Source: a virus. Taken from it: a DNA stretch of 64,000 bases. Below the pieces are notes generated by a model, which searched no databases, had not been told where the DNA came from, and worked only from the letters and a program-made list of their open reading frames with translations. The DNA is taken from IMG/VR virus record IMGVR_UViG_3300044568_004364. The stretch is one strand, 5' to 3'. The translations under genes and the position numbers were made by a program. Shown piece by piece: positions 1 through 10,403 of the stretch (its first letter is position 1; every line of letters starts with the position of its first letter).

Positions 1-269
1 TTAATAGGTGATTCAACATTGCTGCTTAACCAATTGAAAATTTCTCGATAGGAATTTAATTGTTCATCAACTGCAACTCGAACGGTCAACGGATCATATG
101 TGATTTTGTCGCCTGCTACAAATCCTGCACAGTTGCGATAACTTGTTGTAGTTTCTGGTAACGAGATTGAAGGAAAACTTGCACTCGTTGCAAAGTATTC
201 CACATGTTCAAAATCAGGAGAACTAATCTTGAGCTTAAATCCAGTTAATGCTAGAAAGTTAGTATTCAT
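1..269 (-). CDS. gp3: Tail tube terminator / tail completion protein (gp3-like), 3' end outside window
   Basis: Manually translated MNTNFLALTGFKLKISSPDFEHVEYFATSASFPSISLPE...GDKITYDPLTVRVAVDEQLNSYREIFNW; typical gp3 motifs; lies directly downstream of gp23. Confidence 0.8.
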   Translation of the reverse strand, partial: MNTNFLALTGFKLKISSPDFEHVEYFATSASFPSISLPETTTSYRNCAGFVAGDKITYDPLTVRVAVDEQLNSYREIFNWLSSNVESPI

Positions 270-286
270 AAATGTATTTATTAAGA

Positions 287-320
287 TAAAAAGAGGGCCA
301 CTCTTTTGAATGGCCCTCCT
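287..320 (-). terminator. Rho-independent terminator after major capsid gene
   Basis: Stem GAGGGCCA (293-300)/TGGCCCTC (311-318) followed by a T-run on the minus strand. Confidence 0.8.
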
Positions 321-352
321 GGGTAGTCCTAAGGTAATAAGACTTAAATTAA

Positions 353-1642
353 TTACGCTGCATTATTGTATGTAGAACCACCGATACCAGTCACATTAAA
401 TGTACGGAAGTATGGGTTAGCACCGTTTGTGCCAAGTGGATCACCACTTACACCACCAGCAAATGGATTTGCTACAAGACCATAACGTGTCTTGAATCCA
501 ATTTTTGGTTGGAATGTTTCAGGATCAACCGCACGAACCATAGTAAGTGGAACGTATGGGCAATAGAACATACCAGCGTCATACGCGTTTGTACCACGAT
601 AACCAACGGTTACATAATCAGCTGTGCTGAATGGGTCGATGAATACTTTCAAGCGGCCATTGATCATACCAGCAAATACGTTACCAGTGTCATCAACGTT
701 AAGGTTAGTTGCAAGTGCTGGAGCATAGTCAAGAACACCAGCTGCTGCAAGAGCAGATGCTACGTTGCTGCTGCAGATAACAACGTTACCTTTGCCACGA
801 CGTGTTGCTTTAGCAACTGCATTTGCTTCAACTTCAATTTGGAATAGAAGAGATTTGAATTTCTCAACTGCCCAACGGCCGTCTGCATCTTGGTCCATAT
901 CGAAAGAACCGTTAATACCGCCACTGACAGCTTTAACGTTAACAGTATCGATAACTTCACGGTTGATTTCAGCAAGGATTTCAACAGAAAGGATGTTAGC
1001 CAATTCTGCTTCAGCATCAAGTCCGTGAACAGACTTAAGGTCTTGAGCAAGTTCCATTGTGTATTCTGCTTTAAGAGCGCGTGTCTTAGCAGTAACGGTT
1101 GTCTTGTCAACAGTGAATCCCATGTTACCAAAACCACCACCAGCAGTTGTACGTCCAACTTGAACAGTACCAACAGTTGGATCTGGGTCAATGTAGCTGT
1201 TGTTTGTACCGTCGCCTGTAAGTGCTTCACCTTGTGCAGTTGTAACTGTACCAGAGAATGCAGTGATAGGCTTGTTGAAGAGTGCTTCAGCGGTATTTGC
1301 ACCAGCTGCGTTTTGATATTGGCTCTTCATAGCAAAGATCAAGCCTGTTGGCATGGTCATTGGCTGAACACCTGCAATATCGTAAGCAACGATATTTGGC
1401 ATTGCACGACGGACGAGGCTGATAAGAACTGGATCCCAGGTCTTGATAGCGCCGCCACCCGAGCCAATTACGTTGTCTTCTGTAATGAAGCCAGCGTGTG
1501 AACGCTCTTCAGCCAGTGCTCTTTCTTGGTTTTCAAGCAACACTGCAGTAATAGACTTACGGTAGTTGTCCTTGAACTTTGGGGCATCTTGAGCTTCCAA
1601 AATTGGAGCCCACTTCTTTTCTAGTTGTTCTGAATTAAACAT
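353..1642 (-). CDS. gp23: Major capsid protein (T4 gp23 family)
   Basis: Motifs KWAPILE, LVRRAMPN, GVQPMTMPTGLIFAMKSQY, RALKAEYTMELAQDLKSVHGLDAEAEL, YCPYVPL, FQPKIGFKTRYG. Confidence 0.98.
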   Translation of the reverse strand: MFNSEQLEKKWAPILEAQDAPKFKDNYRKSITAVLLENQERALAEERSHAGFITEDNVIGSGGGAIKTWDPVLISLVRRAMPNIVAYDIAGVQPMTMPTGLIFAMKSQYQNAAGANTAEALFNKPITAFSGTVTTAQGEALTGDGTNNSYIDPDPTVGTVQVGRTTAGGGFGNMGFTVDKTTVTAKTRALKAEYTMELAQDLKSVHGLDAEAELANILSVEILAEINREVIDTVNVKAVSGGINGSFDMDQDADGRWAVEKFKSLLFQIEVEANAVAKATRRGKGNVVICSSNVASALAAAGVLDYAPALATNLNVDDTGNVFAGMINGRLKVFIDPFSTADYVTVGYRGTNAYDAGMFYCPYVPLTMVRAVDPETFQPKIGFKTRYGLVANPFAGGVSGDPLGTNGANPYFRTFNVTGIGGSTYNNAA

Positions 1643-1698
1643 AATAGTTATTTTTATCTAGTTGTTGTTTTTTGTTTGGGGTTGGAACCTTTATCTCG

Positions 1699-2880
1699 TT
1701 ATTGAATATTTGCTGTATTAGCTTTATTCAAGCGGGATATTGCGGTTAAATATTTTTGCATTGCAGGTGAAACATTTGGTTGTGTTTCAGTTTCATTCTC
1801 TACAATAGTTGAGGTTGTAATGTACGAATCAGCGTCTGCTGTGCTTTCGGTTAGCGAATCATCTGAGGTTTGCTTTTTGATGTAAAATTCTTTAATGGTT
1901 TGCACTTTTTTACGGAATGCAGTTTCATTAGTAAACTCAATATCTTCAAGCAATTCTTTAAGCTTTTCAGCTTGTGTATCAGCTAGGTCAGATGTGGATT
2001 CTGCAATAATCTTTTCACGAGAGATTTCTTCAACCTTTTCAACCAAACCACTAAGGAGATTAAGCGATTCTGCAAGTTTAGATTCTGCAGCTTCTTTTTC
2101 TTCTTCGAGTTTAGCATATAGGTCAACCTTGCTCTCAGGTACTTCGATATAATTTTCTTCAAAGACTGTCTTCAATGATTGCATAAAGTTTTCTGCAATT
2201 TGAGTGCGTAAGCTACTCTCAACAGCAACTTTATTATCTTCAACCCAGCTCTCAACTGCATATGTTAGATAATTGTCAATCTTGTCAACAAGTTCTTCTT
2301 TAATAGTTTCCACTTCTTCAATAAGTGTAACTGCATAGCTTTCTTTAAGTGCTTCTTCAACTTCTTTGATTTTGCTCTTTACGGCAGCTTCAAAAATGAT
2401 GCTAGCTTTTTCTTTAAACTCTTCAGTTAAACCTTCTTCGCTTTCAACGAGACGAGAGATATCAGATGTGTCAATTGTGATTTCAGATTGGGTGCCTTCT
2501 TTCATGTCTTTATTTGCTTCATCCTCCATTTCTTCATCTTCCATTTCTTCGCCAAGGCCACTTGTAAGAATTCCGATTGCAGCACCATAGTCGCCGTCGG
2601 CTTTCTTAAGAATGCCTTCTGCAGTTGCTGTTGCTTTATCTTCATCATACTCGTCGCCGTGTGCAGCTTTCAATACGCTCTTAGCATATTCCATAAACTC
2701 TTTATCAGAGCTTACTTCAGCTTCTTCCATTGATTCGTCTTCTTTGCTTCCTTCGCAATTACCTTCAGCAATCTCAGATGTTTCCTGATCCTGCTCTAAG
2801 TTTTCGTCGAGAGAAAGTAATGTTTCTTCGCTGATATCTTCAATGATATCATCGGTGTCTTGTATATTTGTATTTGCCAT
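1699..2880 (-). CDS. gp22: Prohead core scaffolding protein
   Basis: Acidic coiled coil; LTEEFKEKASIIFEAAV, DKIDNYLTYAVESW motifs; between gp21 and gp23. Confidence 0.92.
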   Translation of the reverse strand: MANTNIQDTDDIIEDISEETLLSLDENLEQDQETSEIAEGNCEGSKEDESMEEAEVSSDKEFMEYAKSVLKAAHGDEYDEDKATATAEGILKKADGDYGAAIGILTSGLGEEMEDEEMEDEANKDMKEGTQSEITIDTSDISRLVESEEGLTEEFKEKASIIFEAAVKSKIKEVEEALKESYAVTLIEEVETIKEELVDKIDNYLTYAVESWVEDNKVAVESSLRTQIAENFMQSLKTVFEENYIEVPESKVDLYAKLEEEKEAAESKLAESLNLLSGLVEKVEEISREKIIAESTSDLADTQAEKLKELLEDIEFTNETAFRKKVQTIKEFYIKKQTSDDSLTESTADADSYITTSTIVENETETQPNVSPAMQKYLTAISRLNKANTANIQ

Positions 2881-2898
2881 ATATTACTTTTCTTTCTA

Positions 2899-3543
2899 TT
2901 AGAGTTTGGAGAGGAAATCATTCCAGATTTTTATTTGTGCTTCGGCAAGATTTGCAGAAGAAGTCTTTGTGATTTCTGTCTCATATTTTTCAAGCTGTTG
3001 CGCTTTCAATAAACCATTATCCCAGATCCATTCAACACCTTCCATGATACCATTTACAAAAGCAGATGGTGCACTTGGGTCTTGAACAATATCAACTGTT
3101 GACAACACGAAGTCGTCATTAACAAGGGTTTGGCCATTTTTATTTGCAACGGTTCCCATACCACGACTAGAGACGCCTAACTGACAACCACCTTCCAATA
3201 GTCCTTTCACAATTTTACCCATTGGTGTATCAAGTATAAGCGCCTTTCCAACAACATCATTACCGTTCCATTGGAGTTCAGTAATGCGATGCGAAACTTT
3301 ATCAAGGTTAATAGCAGGACCTTCAGGATGATTAAGCTCACCAACTGCACGTCCTTTATTAACATATTCGGTTACGTATGTACGTACCGCTTTTTCTAAA
3401 ACTGTTTTAGGATATATTCTACGATTACGGTTCATTTGTTCGGCTTGCATAAAGACACCATCAATGATGAATTTCTTTTCGCCATTTGCAGCAGCTTCTG
3501 CAATGTACCGTATATTCTCGGTATGTTCCGTAATTAATTTCAT
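2899..3543 (-). CDS. gp21: Prohead protease
   Basis: MKLITE, NRNRRIYP, GELNHP, GVSSRGMG, DIVQDPSAPSAFVNGIMEG. Confidence 0.97.
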   Translation of the reverse strand: MKLITEHTENIRYIAEAAANGEKKFIIDGVFMQAEQMNRNRRIYPKTVLEKAVRTYVTEYVNKGRAVGELNHPEGPAINLDKVSHRITELQWNGNDVVGKALILDTPMGKIVKGLLEGGCQLGVSSRGMGTVANKNGQTLVNDDFVLSTVDIVQDPSAPSAFVNGIMEGVEWIWDNGLLKAQQLEKYETEITKTSSANLAEAQIKIWNDFLSKL

Positions 3544-3558
3544 AGTTACTATAATGTT

Positions 3559-3566
3559 TATTTATA
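3559..3566 (-). promoter_or_regulatory. T4-type late promoter TATAAATA (gp21)
   Basis: Exact gp55 consensus upstream of gp21. Confidence 0.8.
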
Positions 3567-3603
3567 AAAAATCATTTTTCAACAAGGCATTTATATTTTG
3601 CAA

Positions 3604-3678
3604 TTATGGAACTGCAGGGTAATTGGTTGTCTTTACATATGCAGCTGTAATTTTTGCTGCAGTAAAACCGTATATCAT
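3604..3678 (-). CDS. Putative 24-aa ORF MIYGFTAAKITAAYVKTTNYPAVP
   Basis: Start overlaps the upstream stop (TAATG coupling); too short to confirm. Confidence 0.3.
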   Translation of the reverse strand: MIYGFTAAKITAAYVKTTNYPAVP

Positions 3679-3986
3679 TATCCTTTACGATGTGTAAGCT
3701 GAAATTTAACACTAGTAGTACCAGTTGATCCAGTTATTTGCACTGCTAACTTTTTACTTAAAGGAGACACGACGAAATGTAATGATGATGAAGTCATCGT
3801 CAATACAGTTCCAGAAGAGTCTCTAAATGGAGCAAATACATCAGAGCCATCAACATAGCCTACTGTTGCAGTGCAGCTGCCAAATGTGCCTGATACATAC
3901 ATCACATAATCACTGCCAGTAAATGGGGCATCTAATGTGTACGTATTGTTTGAAGTTATAAGAGTATTTTCAACGTATGGTATCAT
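3678..3986 (-). CDS. Hypothetical beta-rich virion-associated protein
   Basis: 102-aa ORF with TATAAATA at 3992-3999; lies in the head gene cluster. Confidence 0.65.
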   Translation of the reverse strand: MIPYVENTLITSNNTYTLDAPFTGSDYVMYVSGTFGSCTATVGYVDGSDVFAPFRDSSGTVLTMTSSSLHFVVSPLSKKLAVQITGSTGTTSVKFQLTHRKG

Positions 3987-4010
3987 AGTGGTATTTATAA
4001 AAATATATCT

Positions 4011-4172
4011 TTATGATATATCAGTTTCGTTATAGATGCTTGATGTCAACTCAACTTTTTTAATGTCGAGTACTGTGCGCACCTTATCTTGTATAATCGC
4101 GTTAAATGCAACATTTGCCGCAAGGTCATCGCCGGTTACTATATTTTGTATTAATTCTTTTGTGTCTTCCAT
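4011..4172 (-). CDS. gp67: Prohead core protein (gp67-like), 53 aa
   Basis: Manually translated MEDTKELIQNIVTGDDLAANVAFNAIIQDKVRTVLDIKKVELTSSIYNETDIS; directly downstream of portal. Confidence 0.7.
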   Translation of the reverse strand: MEDTKELIQNIVTGDDLAANVAFNAIIQDKVRTVLDIKKVELTSSIYNETDIS

Positions 4173-4184
4173 ATATTTAATAAT

Positions 4185-5699
4185 TTACATTTCTTCTTCG
4201 CCTTCAGGCACCTCAGGAACAGTTGTTCCTTCAGATGCAATTTCGGCATTCATTTTTTCAATATCATCATCGCTTTGATTTAAGATATTACTACGTACAT
4301 ATTTTTCGCTATAATACTTACCGATATAACCTGATACAGATTCTAACATCGCTAGGCGCTCTTTCATGATTTCAAAATCTTTAAGCTCGCTAAAGAAGTT
4401 ATCTTCAATATAGTCAATATTAATATTTTCACGTATACTTTCCCAGTCACCTTCTGTTATGATTCCTTTTAGTAATAGTTGTAGCCGCAGCGCGTCAACA
4501 AATAAAACTGAGAATTTCTTACGTAAACGGTTAATGAACTTTTGGTACTTAACTTCTTCACGTGATATTTCACTTGCACGACCTACATTAAACATAGTCT
4601 CGCCTTCAAGACGATTGACTGGAATATTTAGCGAACGATATAGTTTCTTTTGGAAAAAGACTACATCTTCAATCTGACTAAGATTTTCGCCACCTGGCAG
4701 CGTTGTGATTTCTGTACCACGGCCACCTTCACGACGCGGTAACCAAAAGTCTTCAAGCATACTCATGCTCTTACGGTCATCGCGTATTTCGCCAGTGTTA
4801 GCATCATATACTAACTTGTTGCGATACTTTGCCATAATACCTTGCACATATTCTTCAGCTTTACCTTTTGGTAGGTTACCAACGTCAATATAGAAAATAC
4901 GACGCTCAGGTGCACGTGCTATACGATAGATAACCAAAGAGTCTTCCATCATACGCAATTGATTTACAAGTTTTACGCTCTTATGTAGGTATGATATTGA
5001 ATACTTTCCGCTTTCGTCCAATATACCAGATGGTACATATACAACGGTATTAGGATCAATCTTAACTCCGCCATTGGTTGACGAATTGCCAAAATCATCG
5101 GCATAAAGAAAATATTCTGAAGCAAGTTCTGTAACCTTTATACCTGTTGCTTTATCAACTTTAGTAGTAACCTCTTTAATTTTTCTAATCTTAAGAGGAT
5201 CAATTGCACGTATTTCTTTAATGCCTTCTTTTGGTTTTTTAGTGTCAACCATTAGATGGAAATATAACTTGCCGTCAATATACCAACGACGAAAAATATC
5301 ATAACCGTTATAGTTAAATGATAAGAGCTTTAAGATTATATCAAATTCTTCACGTATCTTTTTCTTAATACTTTCAGGCTGATCCAAGTTATCCATTATA
5401 ATATTAACTGGACTACCGTCACTATCTGAAACAATTGAAGCATTAACAATATCAGCAATTGCGGCATCGCACTCTGGTTGTGATGCTGCGCTACGACATT
5501 TTAAGATAGTATCCTTTTCATTTGTTAGCATTGCTCCATCAATATCAAGAACCTGCCCATAATAACCAGCAGCATTACTTGACGTTAAAACGGAAGTACC
5601 ATCGTTTTCAATGGGGGTTGAAAACGATGGTATAATTGAATCCGGTGAAGAACCCTTCTTATCTATTAATTTTGATATTTCATAGCCAAACAGCTTCAT
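4185..5699 (-). CDS. gp20: Portal protein
   Basis: NQLRMMEDSLVIYRIARAPERRIFYIDVGNLPKGKAEEY, MLEDFWLPRREGGRGTEITTLPGG; late promoter 5707-5714. Confidence 0.98.
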   Translation of the reverse strand: MKLFGYEISKLIDKKGSSPDSIIPSFSTPIENDGTSVLTSSNAAGYYGQVLDIDGAMLTNEKDTILKCRSAASQPECDAAIADIVNASIVSDSDGSPVNIIMDNLDQPESIKKKIREEFDIILKLLSFNYNGYDIFRRWYIDGKLYFHLMVDTKKPKEGIKEIRAIDPLKIRKIKEVTTKVDKATGIKVTELASEYFLYADDFGNSSTNGGVKIDPNTVVYVPSGILDESGKYSISYLHKSVKLVNQLRMMEDSLVIYRIARAPERRIFYIDVGNLPKGKAEEYVQGIMAKYRNKLVYDANTGEIRDDRKSMSMLEDFWLPRREGGRGTEITTLPGGENLSQIEDVVFFQKKLYRSLNIPVNRLEGETMFNVGRASEISREEVKYQKFINRLRKKFSVLFVDALRLQLLLKGIITEGDWESIRENINIDYIEDNFFSELKDFEIMKERLAMLESVSGYIGKYYSEKYVRSNILNQSDDDIEKMNAEIASEGTTVPEVPEGEEEM

Positions 5700-5721
5700 A
5701 ATATATTATTTATATCCAAAA

Positions 5722-6264
5722 TTATCCGATTGTACTGTTGGATACCCAGTATTGATAATTAAATTCAACCGTGAATTCTTCAACCGTATTATCAGTTTCA
5801 TAATTCAAGTCGATACTTGAAATGTTTGTTGGGAATGCGCCTACAAATGTATATGCCTTGCTAACTGCACCACCTTCACGACTAAGTTGTTTTACAACCA
5901 AGTCTTTATAGTAATTAAGCGGGCTTACACCTGATGCCGTTGTATTGGATGCATGGCGATTGATAAGATTCATCCATGACTCCAATGCGTTACGTATTTC
6001 CATATTAACGTCATTCATAACCGTAATTGTCCACGGCTCAAATGTACGATCACCTGCAACTTTTAGTTTGCGACCACGATAAGGTACTTCAATTGGTGTA
6101 AGTACACTAGCTGGAAGCTGCGCTCCTTTTACAAGGAAACGACTCTTACTCGTTGCAACTCCGCCGTCAAGCACACCATCTGGGAAATAGAGCTCAACTT
6201 CAAACAAGTTGCTGCGAGCTCCACCGCCGTTAAATGCATTTTTGAAATTTGTTAGATTACTCAT
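5722..6264 (-). CDS. gp19: Tail tube protein
   Basis: GGARSNLFEV, GRKLKVAGDRTFEPWTITVMND, EEFTVEFNYQYW; late promoter 6284-6291. Confidence 0.95.
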   Translation of the reverse strand: MSNLTNFKNAFNGGGARSNLFEVELYFPDGVLDGGVATSKSRFLVKGAQLPASVLTPIEVPYRGRKLKVAGDRTFEPWTITVMNDVNMEIRNALESWMNLINRHASNTTASGVSPLNYYKDLVVKQLSREGGAVSKAYTFVGAFPTNISSIDLNYETDNTVEEFTVEFNYQYWVSNSTIG

Positions 6265-6297
6265 TATAGTTCTTTCTTATATGTATTTATAATTGTA

Positions 6298-7983
6298 TTA
6301 GGCACCAATCTCATTAAATTGAATACCGCTGCGTGATGCAACAAAGTTAAGCGTGATATAGTTAATTGAGCGCGAAGGCTTAATGTAAATATCGGCGATA
6401 AAACGATTAGTATCAATAACTTGCGGAGTATTATTTGTCTCATCGCATACTATACGATAATCAGTAACACCACGGCGTGATTGAACATCTCTTAAGAGTG
6501 GCTCAATCGTATTGACAAATGCGCTACGAGTAAATTCATCGTTTAATTCAAACAATTGGAATTTAGCTGCAATACCACATGCACGTTGTAGGCTGTTAAA
6601 TAGGCGGCGTACATTAATACGATCAAATGCGCTTGCACGTGATTGGCCTGTCTTATCTCCTAGAAGTACAATACCTTGGCCTGCTGTATTTACAATAGGA
6701 TTGATATTTGTTGCATACAGTTCATCACGATCAACTTGTACTGGATTGTATGCAAGTTTGGTTACACCGCGTAATTGACCACGATTATAGCCTGCTGGTG
6801 AGAACCATGCATCCGCTACACTATCGGTATATGCGCATAGGCCTGCTATATGTCCGCATGCTGGAATCCATTTGTACTCATCTGCATACTTGTTATATAC
6901 ATAAACTGGTGTGCTATCAAACACAACATAACTGCTTGGATCACTAATTGCAGCTTTTGCCGCAATTACTGCATTCTTTTTAGCAGTTTCAGATGTTTGG
7001 GTATATAGATTCAAAGGCGCAGACAGGAATGCCATACAATCTTTACGTCCTACCACAACTCCATTCAATTTGACATTCACTGTAGTATCAGATGTGAATG
7101 CTTCTGCAAAGAGCAAATTGATATCAACAGTTTCGATATCAGCAAATATATTTAATGCTGTAACAACATTAGCTGCAACACGTGTACCGTTAGCACCAGC
7201 ATTAAATCCATATATGCCTGTGCCAGCCAACGTATATGTGCTGCTTGCTAGTGTACGAACAATTGCAGGATCTCCAGCAAATACGTATGATGAGCCGTTA
7301 TTAAGTACATTGACAAAGTAATTGGATGCTCCGCTTACAGTTTTTGCATTTGCATTTAATGATAACCCTTGGAATGTTTCTAATACTGCACCCTTAACTC
7401 CAGTAAATTCTCCATTCTTATCAAATACAGCTATATGTATTTCGTCATTAGTGTAAACTGTTGTGCTTACGCTGCTTGCCCATGTTGTTGTACTAGGAGC
7501 AAGGTCAAAATATTGTTTACGCTCTGCTGCTAAGGTTGCTTCATTGTTTGCATGAAACAATTTAACTTCAAGCGTGTTCCCAATAGCGCCTGGGCAGCGT
7601 GCATAGAATGCATCAAGTAATGTAGCAATTTTTAAATCGTAATCTTCTTTATTCTTGATAAGCACACCAGGACCAGTTGTATATCCAGATTCGCCAGCTG
7701 CATTAAGAGCACTAGCTCCAACACAACGCACAACCTTTAATGAATTTCCATATTTTAGGAAACTCTCAGCGGTCAAGAATGACTCTGCATTCGGGTCGCC
7801 TGCTTGTTTGGGTGTCCCAAATATTTCACCCAAGTTTTTCTCAGATGATATATTAGTAATTTCGTCAACAGGACCCCAGTTAAAATGTCCAACGTATGCT
7901 CCTATTGATGCAGATGTTGGTTGTGCTACCGTTGTTAAATCAGTTTCAGTGATTTGAACGCCTACGCTTTGTAAATATGCCAT
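6298..7983 (-). CDS. gp18: Tail sheath protein
   Basis: WFSPAGYNRG, SAFDRINVRRLF, FELNDEFTR, CDETNNTPQVID, IYIKPSRSINYI; late promoter 8055-8062. Confidence 0.97.
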   Translation of the reverse strand: MAYLQSVGVQITETDLTTVAQPTSASIGAYVGHFNWGPVDEITNISSEKNLGEIFGTPKQAGDPNAESFLTAESFLKYGNSLKVVRCVGASALNAAGESGYTTGPGVLIKNKEDYDLKIATLLDAFYARCPGAIGNTLEVKLFHANNEATLAAERKQYFDLAPSTTTWASSVSTTVYTNDEIHIAVFDKNGEFTGVKGAVLETFQGLSLNANAKTVSGASNYFVNVLNNGSSYVFAGDPAIVRTLASSTYTLAGTGIYGFNAGANGTRVAANVVTALNIFADIETVDINLLFAEAFTSDTTVNVKLNGVVVGRKDCMAFLSAPLNLYTQTSETAKKNAVIAAKAAISDPSSYVVFDSTPVYVYNKYADEYKWIPACGHIAGLCAYTDSVADAWFSPAGYNRGQLRGVTKLAYNPVQVDRDELYATNINPIVNTAGQGIVLLGDKTGQSRASAFDRINVRRLFNSLQRACGIAAKFQLFELNDEFTRSAFVNTIEPLLRDVQSRRGVTDYRIVCDETNNTPQVIDTNRFIADIYIKPSRSINYITLNFVASRSGIQFNEIGA

Positions 7984-8073
7984 ATTTGTTTTTTGCCTTT
8001 CTCAGTGCTTAATTATAAGTTTGAAACATAATAAGAATTTTTTCAATCTACTTTTATTTATAAAAACAGGGTT

Positions 8074-9465
8074 TTACAAGCCTTTCCACTCGTTAATTGA
8101 TTCCATTTGCTCTCTATAATGAGCCATGCTAGGCGTAAGATCATTTTCATTATGAGAATTAATAATACCAAACGGCGGTAAGTCATCCTCCATCTCTCGT
8201 ATCTTTTCGCTATAGAGCAAGTCTTTAAGCTGTATATTACTCATGCCACCAAATGCGTCGGTGCTAACAAACCATGCAAACATAACAAGGTTCATTACGC
8301 TATCATCATGTGCAATGCCGCGTGCCGCATAACTATCTCCTTTTGGCTCAAAGCTGCTAAGTTCTGCAATTGTATTTGCATCGTATATCATTAACTTACC
8401 TTGCTCAATCAAGTCTTTTAGATTGCTGCAACCAATACGTTTAACTCGTTTGGTCATAGTGACACCAATGCCACTACTCTTTATACTGCTTTGCACAAAG
8501 ACGTTATCATATTCGTAATCATAATATATCGCATTACATACAACTTGTCCTGCATCGTTATTTTCAACAACCACAAGTGCATTACCGTATGACTTAGCAG
8601 CACGTATAATATATTCTGGGTACATTAACGGCGATACATTGTTATTACGATATGTACACACCTGCTTAAATGTTTCGCCAGAAATATCAAATACAGAAAA
8701 TGTACTATAGTCCTGCCCACGCCCTTTGCTTACATCTACCGTCAAGATATAGTCATGACCTTCAATAGGTTGCTCATAGTAGAGTATATCATATTGATTA
8801 CGTATCGGATCACGCGCTTGTAATCCAAGAAGCGCATCAGATGATATAAGTGTCTGCGAACTACCGATAAAAGAAACTTCAAACTCTTGCTTAAATTGTA
8901 ATTCACTGCTATTGGCAATAGTCTGACGCTTCCATGCTTCATCACGCCCAGGTACATCTTGCCATTTAATCGTGAATGGTTTAAATTCATTTGAACGTTG
9001 AATTGCACCTTCCCATAATTTATAGAACATATTGCCTACACCATTAGGTGTACTTGTAATAATAACCTTTGTATCTTTACCAGAACTAATTACAGGATAT
9101 GTACTCGTATAAAATTCATTTGCTTTATGCACAAACGCGAACTCATCAAGAAAGATACAATTATGACTGACTACACTGTTGGTATAATACGCATGTGTAT
9201 CTTCTACCTCTAATAAGTCATATACCTTTTCAGATTTAACATTTCTAATATCGATGATTTTAATATCACCAAATAATATATCCCCAACATTTAGAAATGA
9301 ACATGGTATGTAAGTAAATCCATCCTGACATAAAAATTCATGTTCAGGTGTACATTTAATATGTTCGCCATTATCAAATTGTACGAATAATAATTTTTCA
9401 GCTATCCCTTGGTCAAGTATAGCTTCAAATTTTTTAAATCCATTATGTGTTAAAACTTCAATCAT
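8074..9465 (-). CDS. gp17: Terminase large subunit, C-terminal part: 102-aa C-intein + Walker B and nuclease domains
   Basis: After ...YYTNSVVSHN the sequence resumes CIFLDEFAFV, TSTPNG, VDVSKGRGQDYS, HDDSVM. Confidence 0.95.
   Translation of the reverse strand: MIEVLTHNGFKKFEAILDQGIAEKLLFVQFDNGEHIKCTPEHEFLCQDGFTYIPCSFLNVGDILFGDIKIIDIRNVKSEKVYDLLEVEDTHAYYTNSVVSHNCIFLDEFAFVHKANEFYTSTYPVISSGKDTKVIITSTPNGVGNMFYKLWEGAIQRSNEFKPFTIKWQDVPGRDEAWKRQTIANSSELQFKQEFEVSFIGSSQTLISSDALLGLQARDPIRNQYDILYYEQPIEGHDYILTVDVSKGRGQDYSTFSVFDISGETFKQVCTYRNNNVSPLMYPEYIIRAAKSYGNALVVVENNDAGQVVCNAIYYDYEYDNVFVQSSIKSSGIGVTMTKRVKRIGCSNLKDLIEQGKLMIYDANTIAELSSFEPKGDSYAARGIAHDDSVMNLVMFAWFVSTDAFGGMSNIQLKDLLYSEKIREMEDDLPPFGIINSHNENDLTPSMAHYREQMESINEWKGL
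9160..9465 (-). mobile_element. C-terminal fragment of split intein 2
   Basis: Block B CTPEH, block F KVYDL, block G SHN followed by +1 Cys; own ATG overlaps the upstream stop (ATGA 9462-9465). Confidence 0.9.
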
Positions 9466-10403
9466 ATTTTAGTGCGATTAACCCATTTTTCAGGTTGTTC
9501 ACCTATATTAAAATAACCACGTTCAGATGTGTTTTCTGGATTAACATAATATTTTTTACCTTTATTTTTTGCAGATTTACCCTTTTTTGCCGATGACATT
9601 TTTAATTTACAATCATCGCTTCTTGTCATACCGCGATGTTTTTCTGCAGTCTTTTTAATTTTTTCAGGATTTTTATTAATCTTATCAACATGCTCTTTTG
9701 ATTTTTTAATACCCGTCAAACCAGCACTTATATTATTACAATGTTCTTTTGTTTTCTTTACTCCTTTTAATTTTTCTGATATGATTTTACCGGTTGCTTT
9801 TCTAGTGTCGGGTAATGAAGCAATCATTTGTATGCGTTTCATATAAACATTCACTGCCGCTTGTTGATCATCAGTATCAACAAATTTAATTGGCTTTTCA
9901 GAGTTACCGCAATCGCATATTAATTTAATTCTAGCAGCATAGTTATTTGTATCTTCATCATAACCTAATTTGTTTATTGCATCTTCCAGTGTTTCAAAAA
10001 TGCGGCCATCATCATGAATAATTTTTTTACCAGTCCCAGAATGTTTTCCAACTTTAGCTTCACGTAATTTTTCTTTTGTTTCTTTGGAGTGTGTCTTACC
10101 GTAAAAGCCATTATTTGGGCCGTGTAATACTAGTATGTTTCCGCCTTCCGAAAGATTATATGTATCTTCACGCAAGGTAAAATCTTTATTAACAATACGT
10201 CTTTCTTCATTTTCTGCATCAGCTTTATTATCAAAAACTGATAATATTTCTTTTTTAAAATTAGCGATGCCATACTTTTCTATAGCTCTTTTTATAAGTT
10301 TACCACTGCCCATATAGCCATCATTTAAATCATTAGTTGCATGATAGCCAACATAAATTTTATTGTTTATTAGATTTGTTATTTTATAGACAGTGTAATG
10401 CAT
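9462..10403 (-). mobile_element. GIY-YIG (Seg-like) homing endonuclease with NUMOD3-type repeats, in frame with N-intein 2
   Basis: MHYTVYKITNLINNKIYVGYH...YMGSG...FKKEIL...YNLSEGG; FYGKTHSKETKEKL; internal late promoter 10430-10437. Confidence 0.9.

Noticed and set aside
509-1501. Overlapping ORFs in the capsid gene
   Set aside because: Explained by strong codon bias of gp23; no recognisable protein features, unlike the HNH overlap in gp17.
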